A DNA stretch of 63,381 nt, filler included, from Chiloscyllium plagiosum (lineage: Eukaryota): assembly GCF_004010195.1 (NCBI RefSeq). It is 5 parts of one record of this genome, joined end to end, with 100 filler letters (N's around TTAATTAATTAA, not from the genome) between each part and the next. Parts side by side here need not be neighbours in the genome. Positions count along the whole stretch, not along the records: positions 1 to 8,056 come from NC_057717.1; positions 8,157 to 26,573 come from NC_057717.1; 3 more parts are not named here. One strand, written 5' to 3'. A program made the translations under genes and the position numbers. The notes under the pieces were generated by a model, which saw nothing but the letters and a program-made list of their open reading frames with translations, made no database searches and had not been told where the DNA came from. Of the stretch, positions 1-13,500 are shown piece by piece. Position 1 is the first letter of the stretch. Each line of letters starts with the position of its first letter.

Positions 1-2245
1 CGCAAACAGAGATAAAAAATGGCATGGTGGGCATGACTGAAATGTGGTTACATGAACGTCAGGACTGGGGTGTTAAATGTCCAAGGTTGCTCAGTATTCA
101 GACAAGAAGGAACCGCAGGTGGAGTGCCTGTATTGGTTAAGAATTATGTCAAGGCTGTATTAACAAATGATATTAGCATTTGGGACAAAACTGATGAATC
201 AGTCTGGTTTGAAATAAAACACATGAAAGGAAACCCATTGGTATGAGCATTTCCAGCCCAAAAAACCACTCTCCCCCCTCATAAATTACTTTCAAAGTAA
301 GGAATAGCATGAACCAGGGAATAACGATGGCTTCAGACAAGGGCACAAGAGTGATTATGGGAATATGAGCATGCATATTGACTGGAGTAATCAATTTGGA
401 AAGGGGAGCCTCAAAGAACAATGTGTCGAATATATGACGGATTATTTCTTTGATTAACATGTAATGGAACCAACCTGAGAACTGGCTTTGGTATTACGTA
501 ATGAGGAAAGAGTGATAAATCATATTGTAGTACAGGATCATCTTAGAAAGAGTGACCAAACCATGCTGGATTTTCACATTCAGACTGTAACAGTGAAGAC
601 AGAGTCACATAGAAGAGGTTTAGCGTTGGTCAATGATAATTATATTGGCCTGAGGAAGGGCTCGGCCTGATGGGACATGTCAAAAAGATTAAAGTGCAGG
701 ACATTTGAAGAACAGTGGCAACTACTTAGAGAGATAGTCAAAAACCCCTCAAATAAAGTGCAATCTTGAGTGGAAGAGGAATTGTAAAAACAATCCATGT
801 CTTAACACGGAAAGTTAACAATAACATGGAGGTTCTTGCCTGGTGGTATTATCGCTTACTGGTAATCCAGATAAAGTTCTGGGGAACTCAGATTCAAATG
901 CCGCCATGGCAGATGGTGGAATTTAAATCCAGTATGAATCTGCAATAAGAGTCTATTGATGATAATGAATCCATTGCTCATTGTTGGAACCACCCATATG
1001 TTTCATGCATGTTCTTTAGGGACGGAAACCACCATCCTTACCTGGTCTGACCTGTATGTGACTACCAACCCATACAAACTTGGTTGACGCTTAATTGCCC
1101 TCTAGGGACAGACAATGAGTGATGTCTAACCAGCGACACGCTCATCCTTTAATGAATTAAAGAAAAATACTTTACTTGTCAGCAAATGGTTACTAAAAAC
1201 AAAATCAAAGTGGCTACAAAGGAAAATGAGTAGAAAACATAAGAAATAATAAAGAACACTTCTCCGAGTAGACAAAAAGTAACAGAATGCTGAAAGTAAA
1301 TATTGGCCATTGAGAGGATGAAAATGGCGAGGTAATAATGAGAAACTCAGAAATGGCAGAGGTAAAACCAACATTTCCTATTTTCACAGTGCAAGTTAAT
1401 TTCTTCCCAAAATATAAAACAACTGCAAAGGATCATGATGGGACTACGATGACGAGGAAGAAGATATTAAATGCATTGATGCGATTTTAGGCAGGTCAGA
1501 CCCTCGGGCTGCAGTCTATCGTATTAAAGGAGGTAACAGCAGCGAAAGTGGATGTGTTAGTTAGGATATTCAAAAAATCTTTGGATTCTGGAACGGTATG
1601 AAGTATTGGGAAAGTAATAATGTGGTACACGTATTCAAAACAGGAGATAGGCAAATAATCACAAACTTAAGACCAGTGACTTTAACCTCTGCAGTGGGGA
1701 CGTTTCTTCAGTCAACCATAAAGTAGGAAAGAACTGAATACTTGGAAAAACAAAGATGAATTCACCATGTCAGCACGGTTTCAAGGTGGGCAGGTTGTGC
1801 TTGACATATCTGCTGGGGTTCTTTGAGAATGTAACCGACAAGCTGGATAATGGGGATGCAGAAAATGTACATCTAAACTTCAGAAGGCATTTGACAATGT
1901 GCTGCATAAAGGACTGATCTAGAAGGTTAGATCCAAGGGTTGAAGGGTAGAGTATTGAATTGGATGGAGGATTGGCTGACTAACAGAAAGCAGAGCATCA
2001 GGATAAATGGTCTTTCTCTGGCGAACAGAAACTAGTGAGGGTTCAGTTTTCAAACCTCAATTGTTTACAATCTGCCCAAATGACCTTGAAGGAGAGACAG
2101 AGTGTAGCAACTAAATTCACAGATGTTATTCAACTAGGTTTTTAAACAGGCTGTAATGAGGAGCTAAGAGTTTACAGGTGAATAATGATAGGCTTAGAAA
2201 ATGGGGCAGATTTCTGTATCTGGCAGACGGTGTTTAATGTGGATA
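1..2245 (+). mobile_element. Degenerate CR1-clade LINE ORF2 (endonuclease to RT), interrupted by a SINE
   Basis: Endonuclease-like motifs (GGVPVLVK, ESVWFE), then RT-like DNA (gaccagtgactttaacctctgcagtgggg, cagcacggtttc, ttcagaaggcatttgacaa); many stops and frameshifts. Confidence 0.8.
830..1168 (+). mobile_element. Old shark SINE-type interspersed repeat inserted in the CR1
   Basis: Degenerate A/B-box-like start (tggtggtattatc...gattcaaatgcc), A-rich end, interrupts the LINE; related antisense copy at ~54630-54835. Confidence 0.55.
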
Positions 2246-4034
2246 ACTACACAGTTGAATTTCCTATCGCCACTCATAACTTCTATTGGTCCATCTACAG
2301 TTCTTTGGATTTTATTCACTGTTGGTGGCTGGGGTTACAGGGGTCGAGGGGTCTGGTTGAGGGAGATGCAGGTTGCTCTGTATGTAGGGAACATGACGTC
2401 AGTGTGGAGAAAATACCTTGTTGATTATGACAGCAGGCCTGGCAACCAGATGGCCTATCCATGTTCTTACCTCCTGATGTTTAATTACCTGGAGTAATCC
2501 ACATCGAAATGTTGCAGTCAGACAGTCAGTCCGTAATTAACATGCCCATTCCGTAATAAAGGGACAAATGACCATTTAGATCAGAAGTAACGACTTGGCA
2601 ATTCATTTGAGATTTCATGACTATTTGCTGCAACTGCCGGCTGGAACTGGGTGATGGGACAACAAAATACTCAGCATTGTTTCAAATTAATAGTTTAAAT
2701 ATTGAGTAAAAATATTACCTTATCAATTCTGTTCGAAAGTGTCCACAATCTATATGTTATGGAAAATTTTTTGAATGTATTGTGGGAGAATTGTTATGGA
2801 AAATTTTTTGAATGTATTGTGGGAGAATACAAACATCGGAAAGTTTAGAAAAGGAATATGTGAAGTGGATATAAGTCTTTAAAAAGGTCTAGGCATGCCA
2901 AGGGAACGGGCAAATATTGATTTTTGGATCATAGTTAGGAAAATGTGTCTGTCGTTGATCACATTGGCGAGTTGAATGGAAAAACAGTTTATTATTTCAA
3001 TGAACAGATAGCGAAACTGAGGCACGAGGAACAGGGAACCTGCATCACAAAACAAAACCTCTGCTTCAACATCACATTTTTCAGGAGGCAATATAAATCG
3101 TGAAATATTTTAAAACCAAACACATTTAGAAATATAAAAGTTTTTCTACAGTTTACAGATTAATGGTGAGTCCACTTTCACTTTAAAAGTGTGTCTCCTT
3201 ATTATTGGGCCTCGGAGTAAGGGGAAGACCTGCTCTCTGTTCACCCTGTCTGGATCCCTCATGCTGTTAAACACCTCCATCAGGAACACCTCTCAACCTT
3301 CATTGCTTTAAAGTGAAATCAGGTAAATGTGGCCTTTCTTAAGTTTGAGTACACTGTTGCTTGTTACTTCAGAAAGTTATCACATTTATCTGTGTTAAAT
3401 TTCATCAGCGATTGATCTGTCCACCTGAACAACCGGTTTATACCCTCCTGTACTCTCACACACTCCTCCTCACTGTTAACCACCAGTTCATCTTTGTGTC
3501 ATCCACAACATAATTTATCACCCCCCCCAAACCCCATCCTTCCCATTTTGATCATCATCGTTTATGAAGTTCACAACTAAGCCTTGATTTTATCCTGTTC
3601 TTCAGATGTTGTTCACAGGGAAAGCATTGAGAATTTCATTCTCTTGCTTTTCCTAATTTGGTGAATTTGCAGCATGATGCAGTTGGGTTTTATTTTACGA
3701 GGGAGCCCCGAATTTTATTTTGGTCATGGAGCTGAATTCTCCTTTTATACTATGCGCCTCTGTATGTTTTATTAAATTTGGTGAATTTGCAGCATGATGC
3801 AGTTGGGTTTTATTTTACGAGGGAGCCACAAATTTTATTTTGGTCTTGGAGCTGAATCCTCCTTTTATACTATGCGCCTCTGTATGTTTTATTAATTTAA
3901 CTTGTACGTAATTAGTACTGAATTAGATTGTGGTGACTTTCACTGCAACATTTGTGTTCTACGTGGTCCTGGATAATTTTCATTGTATCGTTCCCTGCAA
4001 TAGGCAGAGCTGAAGAAACTTTCTGTCTACAAAG

Positions 4035-5070
4035 GACAATAGACTTTAGGTACATGACTAGGCCATTCCGCCCTTTGAGCCTGCACTACCATTCATTATG
4101 ATCATGGCGGATCATCGTCAATCAGTATCTTGATCCTGCCTTATCTCCATAACCGTTGATTCCATTATCCTTGAGAGTTCTATCCAACTCTTTCTTAAAC
4201 GAATCCGGAGACTGGGCTTCCACTGCCCTCTTGGGCAGAGCATTCCACACAGCCACCACTCTCTGGGTGAAGAAGTTTCTCCTCATCTCTGTCCTAAATG
4301 GCCTACTCCTTATTTTTAAGCTGTGTCCTTTGGTTCGGGACTCACCCATCAGCGGAAACATGTTTCCTGCCTTCACAATGTCCAATCCTTTCATAATCTT
4401 AAACGTCGCAATCAGATCCCCTCTCAATCTTATAAACTCAAGGGTATACAAGCTCAGTCGCTCCAGTCTTTCAACATAAGGTAGTGCCACCATTCCAGGA
4501 ATTAACCTCGTGATCATACGCTGCACTCCCTCAATAGGCAGAGTGTCTTTCCCCAAATTTGGAGACCAGAACTGCACACAGTATTCCAGGTGCAGTCTCA
4601 CCAGGGCCCTGTACAGCTGCAGAAGATCCTCTTTGCTTCTATACTCAATCCCTCTTGTGATGAAGGCCAGCATGCTAATAGCTTTCTTCATGACCTGCTG
4701 TACCTGCATGCTTGCCTTAATTGTCTGGTCTACGTGGTAGACCTCTTTGTACTGCCCCTTTACCTAATTTGACTCCATTTAGGTAGTAATCTGCCTTCCT
4801 GTTCTTGCCACCAAAGTGGATAACCATACATTTATCCACTTTGAACTGCATCTGCCATGCATCCATCCACTCACCTAACCTGTCCAGGTCACCCTGTAAT
4901 CTCCTAACATCCTCTTCACATTTCACTCTGCCACCCAGCTTTGTATCATCAGCAAATTTGCTAATGTTATTATTAATATCATCTTCTATATCATTAATAT
5001 TAATTGCAAAAAGCTGCGGTCCCAGCAATGATCCCTGCGGTACACCACTGGTCACCGCCTGCCATTCCGA
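4035..5070 (-). mobile_element. 5'-truncated CR1 LINE, RT C-terminal half and 3' UTR
   Basis: ORFs 4717-5133 (SGVPQGSLLGP, KFADDTKL) and 4122-4709 (LEYCVQFWSP, RLRGDLI) split by a small deletion; same family as 43535-44858. Confidence 0.95.
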
Positions 5071-5580
5071 AAGGGAGACAGACACAAATTCATAATCTTT
5101 TTTGAAAGAGCTGGAGTGATGAGATTCAAACAAATTCTACATATAGACTCAAAGCATGAGTTCATGTCATAACGGCAAGTCCACCTTGAATTGGAAATGC
5201 TTTATTAAAACATGCACCAGTTTTCTTCATATTGTAAAAACAGTTTCAAAAAATGTTCTTAGAACGGCATGGATCTTACAGCTGCTCCTGGGATTGTAGG
5301 CGGTTAAATATTTAATGTAGTCGTTTTTGCATTTGATATTATAGTTTATTAATTTAACATTTTTTTTTTCTATTTTGTTTTATTTACGATCAAAAGCAAA
5401 CTCACGAATTTCTTTCAAACAAATACTTTTAAAAATAATTTTTGAAGGGTGGTTTACAAAAAAAGGAAAAAGTCCATTTATGTNNNNNNNNNNNNNNNNN
5501 NNNNNNNNNNNNNNNNNNNNNNNNNNNNNNNNNNNNNNNNNNNNNNNNNNNNNNNNNNNNNNNNNNNNNNNNNNNNNNNN

Positions 5581-5995
5581 TATGAGGACAGGCTGAGGCA
5601 CTTGGGGTTGTTTTGATTGGAGAAAAGAAGGTTTAGGGGTGACTTGATAGAGGTGTACAAGATGATTAGGGGTTTAGATAGGGTCGACAGTGAGAATCTT
5701 TTTCCACGTATGGAGTCAGCTATTACAAGGGGGCATAGCTTTAAATTAAGGGGGGGGGGGGTGGTAGGTATAGGACAGATGTGAGGGGTAGTTTCTTTAC
5801 TCAGCGAGTCGTGAGTTCATGGAATGCCCTGCCATTAGCAGTAGTGAACTCTCCCTCATTATGGGCATTTAAGCGGGCATTGGATAGGCATATGAAGGAT
5901 AGTGGGCTAGTGTAGGTTAGGTGGGCTTGGATCGGCGTAACATCGAGGGCCGAAGGGCCTGTACTGCGCTGTATTCTTCTATGTTCTATGTTCTA
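5581..5995 (+). mobile_element. CR1 LINE 3' end
   Basis: RRFRGDLIEVYK-type coding, tail (gttctat)n. Confidence 0.9.
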
Positions 5996-6339
5996 AAGTA
6001 ATGTTATTCAGGCAAATCAGTCATATAGATGTGTGGCTGTCAGGAAAGTTAAGCGGCGTAACATCGAGGGCCGAAGGGCCTGTACTGCGCTGTATTCTTC
6101 TATGTTCTATGTTCTAAAGTAATGTTATTCAGCAAATCAGTCATATAGATGTGTGGCTGTCAGGAAAGTTACGAAGTTAGTTGAAAATTCTCCGGTGGCT
6201 ATTCCTCTATCAAAATGATTTTCAGCTTTACGAACAGCAGAAGAAAAATTGTCATTCTGAGGAAAATGGAAGAGCAATCAACTATTGGACACTTGGAATT
6301 ATTCTTATGTTTAGCAGCGTTTGAGAAGGGTTTGTAGAA

Positions 6340-7700
6340 TTATTGCTTCAGTGGACTTTTCTATCAGGGGCATCAACAGGAGATTCTGGGGCAGTGACCG
6401 TTAATTTATGATGGTTTGTTGCTTTCCCTGTGCGAGGATTAAGAACGTTTCGAAACATTTCAAGCACGTTGTTAAAGGTGAGATTGAGTAGCCAAACATT
6501 ATTGTAGATACTGGCAGGAATGGCATTTTTTCGGGAAAGGTGAAAACATTATAGATTGAACTTAAGAGGTGAGGTAGAGTATTTTAAAAAAAACTTTAAA
6601 GCAATCCTTTCTGATTTACTCCTAATGCCAAACTCAGCTGGGAAGGAACAAAGGGTTAAAGGAGAAAAATCAACGGTTGAAGAGCTGTGTTGTTGAGGGA
6701 TTTAGATTTTTAGGAAATTGGAATCTATTTTAGGATAGAAAAGACCTGTTTAGAATGGATTGGTCCAATCTAAGCTGTAAAGCAACGAATACCTTAGCAG
6801 GGAGATTTGGTCATTTTATGTAGGGAGACGTTATATTGATAGAGACGGCAAGGGGGATATTCCAAGTAGTAGTGCAAATTGTAGGATGGTTAGAGAAGTT
6901 TATGAATATGAAGAGAGCATGTCAATTAGAAAAGAAAAAAAAACGAGAGAGTCAAGAGTATATTGTAATTCTGAAGCACGAAATTGCATTTATTTCAATG
7001 CAAGGAAGGGTTGGTCGGTGAAGAATTTGTCAAATATTTTCACGAAAACATGCTTCATCAATATGCGGATGATTCTAACAGAGAAGGAGCAAAACCATGC
7101 CTTCTTTTGTGCAATAGGCAGGGCAAGTGTCTGAAGTAAACGAGGGAATATTTTGGGTATTGTAATTACAACTCTATTAGTTTCATAATGGTTAAGGAAA
7201 AGAATAAGGCTTTCATTATTTTTTTTAATTGGAGAACCATAAATATTAATAGCATGGGACAAGGCCTTACCAAGTTTGATTGGAGTAGACTGTTAGTAGG
7301 TAAAACGATGTCTGACAAGTGAGAGGCATTCAACAGTCTGACGACCGGAGTTGAGAGGCATTATGTTACAGTTAGAGTGAAGTGTAATGCTGATAAGATT
7401 AACCAGCAATGGTCAAGTACAGTTATTGAGCTTATATTCAAGATTCAAAGAAAACCTTACTTTAGATATGGACAACTTTATTCAATATAATATCTTAGTC
7501 AATATAAAGAGTGTGGGGCATTATTGCGAGAGAAATCAGGAAAGCAAGAAGGAGATATGAGATAACATGGGCAGATAAGTTTAAGGATAATCCAAATACA
7601 TTATGCAACCACATTAACAGCAAGAGGGTAAGGCCTCTCAAAGACCATGAAGGATATCGATGTTTTGAACCCAGGAGATGGGGATTAAAATCATCCCATT
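6340..7700 (+). mobile_element. Very degenerate CR1 LINE (ORF1 SGNH esterase remnant plus ORF2 pieces)
   Basis: ggggcatcaacaggagattctgg...tgttgctttccctgtgcgagg resembles the CR1 ORF1 CCLPGAR region; tgcatttatttcaatgcaagg is the ORF2 start motif (CIYFNAR). Confidence 0.7.
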
Positions 7701-7852
7701 CCTGGTGCATCAGACAGCAGCAAACAGACACTATTGCCTGCACCTCACATTCATCCAGGTTGAACTCTATCTGCTATTTATCAGTCTATTGACCCATTTC
7801 ATCAAGATCTTTTGTATTCTTAGAAACCCTTCTTGACCGTCCACTATGCCAC

Positions 7853-8056
7853 CATAGAACATAGAACATAGAACAATACAGAACAGAACAGGCCTTTCGA
7901 CCCACGATGTTGTGCCGAACATTTGTCCTAGCTTAAGCACCCATCCATGTACCTATCCAATTGCCGCTTAAAGGTCGCCAAAGATTCTGACTCTACCACT
8001 CCCACAGGCAGCGCATTCCATGCCCCCACCACTCTCTGAGTAAAGAACCCACCCCT
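7853..8056 (-). mobile_element. CR1 LINE 3' end
   Basis: (atagaac)n tail followed by antisense CR1 3' UTR, runs into a gap. Confidence 0.85.
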
Positions 8057-8459
8057 NNNNNNNNNNNNNNNNNNNNNNNNNNNNNNNNNNNNNNNNNNNN
8101 TTAATTAATTAANNNNNNNNNNNNNNNNNNNNNNNNNNNNNNNNNNNNNNNNNNNNGAGAGGGAGAGAGAGAGAGAGAGGGACAGCGAGAGAGTGCCTTA
8201 TGCGAATGTGATTGTTATTTTGGTATTCTCTAATTAGATTCAGGGGCTCAGCTTTTTTTTACTTGAATGTTTGCGTTTACTTTGTTGTTTGTTTGGAACT
8301 GAGAATTAACTGGAGTTCAGAATGGATAGGATCATATAACTTGAGCAGCCATTTGAATCAAACCTGTATCTGCTCAAATTTTCCAAGTATTGACTCACAG
8401 TCCATGACTTATGAAGGAATGAATATAAAGCTGACATTACAAAGAAAGGTTAAAAAAAT

Positions 8460-9020
8460 CCTCAGAGGACATTGGGGTGCTATAGAGATATATAGGTTAA
8501 GTGAGTAGTCAAAGACCTGACAAATACAGCTTTACGTGGATAAATGTGAAGTTGTACATTTTGACCTGAAGAAAAGTTTGGTTTTTTTTAAAAATAGAGG
8601 GAGATTCCATAGTTCTGAGATGCAGTGGGATCAGAGTGTAACATTACCGAAATCACAAAGTGCTAACAGACAGATACAGTACGTAATTGGGAAAGCGAAT
8701 AAATGTTTTCCTTTTATCGTGGGGGAATTTTAACACAAAAGTAGAGAGCACTTACAGAAGAGACGAGAATGAAGGATTACTGTCTAAATGTCAGTGGTTG
8801 TCCATTTAAAACAGATCGAGAAGATTGGTTTTATCTCAAAATGTGCAAACTCTGACACGTTATTAAAGCAGAGCTATGGAATATGTTAAAGGCAATGATA
8901 AATAGTTTATTGTTGAGAGAGGGATGGTGAAAGGTTTTCAGGGTAGGCGGGAATGTGGATTTAAAGTTACAATTAATGAGACAGACTCATGTTGTATATC
9001 TAACTTATGCCTGTTTGTAT
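8460..9020 (+). mobile_element. Old CR1-like RT 3' fragment
   Basis: DKCEVVHF and GKANK motifs in ORF 8536-8733. Confidence 0.65.
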
Positions 9021-9459
9021 GGGATGTGGCAGGTTGATTAAACTGTCAAATTGGAGTTTCAGTGTAAAGATTCAACAAACAAGTTAATAATGCTGAAATC
9101 CTCCATCTTCAGAGCTTTTTCAATGGTTGAATTTTGCATATGTTTGTTTCAAATCACTTAATTTGTGCTGTAACACCAATTGCAGATATGGAAACAGTGA
9201 CACTTCCAAGGCAGAAAAGATTCCAGTAATGAAGGCAGTGATCACAAAGAAAATTTTAGTCCAATGTGTGACTTAATTAAGTATCATCTAGAACACAGCA
9301 ATGTGAAAGAAAATTAGTACCACTTCCTGGAAGTTCTATGGAGGGTCTTCTGTATGAGGACATGCCACAGCAATGCAACAAACACCAGCCTACAGCAGTC
9401 ACATTAACAAGATTGCTTTAATATGTCTATAATGTTTGCATTTTTCTGAGAGATTAGAG

Positions 9460-10324
9460 ATTTGTTGTGGTTCTGTTCGCCGAGCTGGAAATTTTTGTTG
9501 CAAACGTTTCGTCCACTGTCTAGGTGACATCCTCAGTGCTTGCGAGCCTCCTGTGAAGCGCTTCTGTGGTGTTTCCTCTGGCATTTATAGTGGCCTGTCT
9601 CTACCACTTCCGGTTGTCAGTTTCAGTTGTCCGCTGTAGTGGCAGGTATTTGGGTCCAGGTCGATGTGTTTGTTGATGGAGTTTGTAGATGAGTGCCATG
9701 CTTCGAGGAATTCCCTGGCTGTTCTTTGTTTGGCTTGCCCTATAATGGTAGTGTTGTCCCAGTCGAATTCATGTTGCTTGTCGTCTGCGTGTGTGGCTAC
9801 TAAGGATAGCTGATCGTGTCGTTTCGTGGCTAGTTGATGTTCATGGATGCGGATCGTTAGCTGTCTTCATGTTTGTCCTATATAATGTTTTGTGCAGTCC
9901 TTGCATGGGATTGTGTACACTACATTAGTTTTGCTCATGCTGGGTATTGGGTCCTTCGTTCTGGTGAGTTGTTGTCTGAGAGTGGCTGTTGGTTTGTGTG
10001 CTGTTATAAGTCCTAGTGGTCGCAATAGTCTGGCTGTCATTTCAGAGATGTTCTTGATGTATGGTAGTGTGGCTAGATCTTTAGGTTGCGGCATGTCCTC
10101 GTTCCGTTGTCTTTCTCTTAGGTATCTGTTGATGAAATTGCGCAGGTATCCGTTTTTGGCGAATACCTTGTACAGGTGTTCCTCTTCCTCTTTTTGCAGT
10201 TCTGGTGTGCTGCAGTGTGTTGTGGCCCTTTTGAATAGTGTCTTGATGCAACTTCTTTTGTGTGTGTTGGGGTGGTTGCTTTCATTGTTCAGGACTTGGT
10301 CTGTGAGTGTGGATTTCCTGTATA
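9460..10324 (-). mobile_element. 5'-truncated Penelope-like element: RT C-terminus, GIY-YIG endonuclease, pseudo-LTR
   Basis: LPYIKNISE...NVVYTIPCKDCTKHYIGQT (one stop) ...RIHEH...REFLEAWH; flanked by direct repeat agattaga (~9451 and ~10325). Confidence 0.92.
9499..9540 (-). ncRNA. Minimal type I hammerhead ribozyme motif in Penelope pseudo-LTR
   Basis: Minus strand GCA-CUGAGGA-U-GUCAC-CUAGACA-GUGGAC-GAAAC-GUU-UGC: catalytic core, stem II and GCA/UGC stem I. Confidence 0.7.
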
Positions 10325-10358
10325 GATTAGATATTTTGTTTGCTTAAGAAATAGTTGC

Positions 10359-10592
10359 ATCGTTGTGGTTCTGTTCGCCGAGCTGGGAATTTGTGTTGCA
10401 AACGTTTCGTCCCCTGTTTCGTGGTTAGTGGAAATGCCGGAGGAAAGATCACAGAAGCGCTTCACAGGAGGCTCCCAAGCACTGGGGATGTCACCTAGAC
10501 AAGGGATGAAACGTCTGCAACACAAATTCCCAGCTCGGCGAACAGAACCACAACAACGAGCACCCGAGCTACAAATCTTCTCCCAAACTTTG
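10359..10592 (+). mobile_element. Penelope pseudo-LTR with an inverted partial copy (fold-back)
   Basis: 10362-10416 is the reverse complement of ~10497-10553; TSD-like aatagttgc at ~10350 and 10593; same family as the 9460 element. Confidence 0.88.
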
Positions 10593-13500
10593 AATAGTTG
10601 CGTCAATACAAAACCTTCAAAAGTGGTCAGTGTAAAATTGCTTGCCCATTCAATATTCAGACTCAATTTTTAGTCGAACATTTAGATAGCTGAACTCTGA
10701 AGAAAGGATAAAAACATTGAACGATTTGGGTTCCTATCTCCTCTGCTTCCCTCATTCTACCTGTGGTGCCTTTCAAATCCCCTATGAAAGTTTTAAAGAA
10801 AAGACCTACTGTTTTCCATTGTCCCACTACCTCTGGAAGTTGATCTACTTAATAAATATAGTTGATCAAAGAATATAATACTGAATCCCTGAGCATCCAG
10901 CAATTTTATACCAGCCATCAGCCAATTTTGCATACAAGACCTAGCTTAAAAAGTCTTCTTTCATGACTAATTTCAGCTACGTAAACTATGAAGAACCGGG
11001 AAATCTAATTTCTACAGGGACAGTTGCAGAAAATAATTTGCTCCAGTTTGTGTATAAATGATCATTGATTAAGAATTCAAAGACTTGAAAGGATATTGCT
11101 GGAGAACTGTTGTTTAGATTGTTCATGGGCTGTCTCTTAAAAGCATGTGACAGCAGTGCAACAAACACCTTTGCAGACCAGACCACAGCAATCGCACTGA
11201 ATTTGCATCTTTAATGCTTGCTTTGTTCCTACAGATTGAAGCTCTTATTTAACTAGAACAACAGAAAGCATCCAAATAAAACCCGAAAGAACTGCGAATG
11301 CTATAAATCAGAAAGAAAAACAGAGTTGCTGGAAAAGCTATTGCTTGAAAACATCCAAATCTCTTCAGTGAAATGTTTCCCCTTCATCAGCCCGGTCCTG
11401 TACGTTTTACCTCCCATTGAAATCTCTGGTCTATACTGCAAGGGAAAATTCCATCTCCCCGACATTCTCTGCCTCTCCCTTTACCTGTGCTCTGACTTCT
11501 TGCAAACCAGTTATGTAGGTTAGCCAAAAAAATCACCAATCCATGCAGTCATCCTTCTGCAGTGTGAGCAGTTTTAAAAATCAGCTGAATAAGCGCTGCA
11601 ATACTGAATCCAGATCCATCAGCCATTCCAGCAGCTGGCACACAATTACATATGCAGGCGAATGCTGATTTCAGTGACTAAACTTGCCTGTTCAATTGCA
11701 AGCCTGGTAAACCTGACAGCCTAAATGGCGATAGAGATGAAAAACCGTGCCTTCCAAATCTAAGGTGGTCTCGAAAAAGTATGTTTGATGCAATATGTGA
11801 CCATGATTTTGCTTCATTCAGAGTACAAGAAAGTGAAAGTAAGTTGCTGGTGGGCAGGGAGTTCCGGTAAGGTAACGTACAGGCCCCTCATGAAAACACA
11901 GCAGTGCAGAGATTACCTTTCCCGACCATATCGATCACACACTGCATCTCCAATATCTACATTATTCTTCGGGTCAGAGTTTTTTTTTTCAAAACTGTTT
12001 TAGGAGAGGACATCACGGAAGCTTGAATTCAAAATTGCTTGCAAATTTGGGTTACTTATTCCTGATCATTTTAGTCTCTTAAAATGAATATATTCAAGAA
12101 ATATGTATCCAATCACACACTCACCCTTACCACCAGCTATAGTGTCCATCAAACCTGTGAAAGGGGTTGAAGAATAAAATCAGTATTGATTGCAGTATCC
12201 GTCTGGATTGTAAGAAGTTTAACAAAACCAGCTGAACTCAAGAATCTTCTTGAGAGAATCCAAGGCTACAGAATCCAGAGTCTTCAGCCATTCAAGCAGC
12301 TGGCACTCAATAGTAGCTGGAGGCAAATGCTAACTTAAGGACTAAATTTATCGTGGCTGACCAGTTACAGGCATGGCAAGGTTGATAATCCAAACTAAAT
12401 AGGATATGGAAAATGTAGTTCTCCAGGATTGTATGCAACAACTAGAAAATATGTTTGACCTTTGGTGTAATTCGTACTTCATTTGATATTATATTCTCCA
12501 AGGCAATTACTGGAGAACAAGCATTTCCTGTGAAGTTATATAGATATTTCCTTCTGCATCCAGGAAAAATGTAGCAGGCCCTAGTTACCATAGTAAGCTT
12601 AACCCACAAAATATGTATTACATCCAGAAGTTCGAAGATGGTGTTCTTTCTTACACAAGACTTTTGCAGTCATAATTTTATGAATACAGGTGAAGCCCTG
12701 CTGTTTGAACTGAGAGCTGGATTGGAACGCGATGGTTCGCAGTGCCAAGGGTGGCATGGTACTGACAGTAGCTAATACAGAAGTTGCTGCCTGGTCACAA
12801 ACCATTATTGAAATGGCATGATCCCAACAGCTAACAGCAATAACAGAGTGAAGGCAGATCAGCGACCTTTCCTTTGCAGCTGTTAGTGATGGGTATTGCT
12901 GAGCCTGTACTAAAGAGATTCGCAGGCCACGGCCCACTGTGGGAGTTGAGGTTCTCTATTGTTCACAACATGGACAGACATGAGTGGCTCTGAATTGGTG
13001 CCTTCATTTACCCACCACTGACAAGATAATATAATGGTACAGAATGGAGTTGGGCTTTGTTCCTGAACTCCCCTCCACTTGGCCTGACTCATGAGAATAA
13101 TGGCAAGAGATAGCTGACATGGAAAATTCAGCCCTGTATGTCGAGACAGTACCAAAGGTCTTCATTGGAGACATTGTAAAATTGGTTGCCTCGTCTCCAT
13201 TTGGGCCTGGAGCTTTTTAGTTGAGATATTTTGAGACGTTGCAATAAGTATAAAGTACTGAAGAAATGATTTTGTTGCATCGTGTCGCCCTTTCTTTGCT
13301 ACCACACTCCAGCCTCATTATCGTGTCTTGCAAACAGGCAATGAGGGTTTTGGGGTAATAAATCAGCATCTTCTGTAATTGTGTCTTGAACTAGTTTTAC
13401 AAAACTAGCTGTCAATGGCTTGAAATACTTACTCAATTTTTCAGGTTTATAATGATGATTTTATTGTGGATGTAGATGTACGCTTAAAATGACTGAAAAG

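Noticed and set aside
2430..3110. Possible hAT DNA transposon remnant (ctggcaacc, ccgtaat repeats)
   Set aside because: No second terminal repeat, TSD or recognisable transposase motif found
3655..3895. 120-bp direct tandem duplication (similar at 5933-6171; ~38 bp at 2755-2828 and 24304-24383)
   Set aside because: Read-length-scale duplications are plausibly assembly artefacts or trivial slippage; no function evident
8101..8112. Palindrome TTAATTAATTAA inside N runs (also ~26618, ~45446, ~56847)
   Set aside because: Always centred in a 100-nt gap (44 N + 12 + 44 N) and gives stops in all six frames; a scaffolding spacer, not biology
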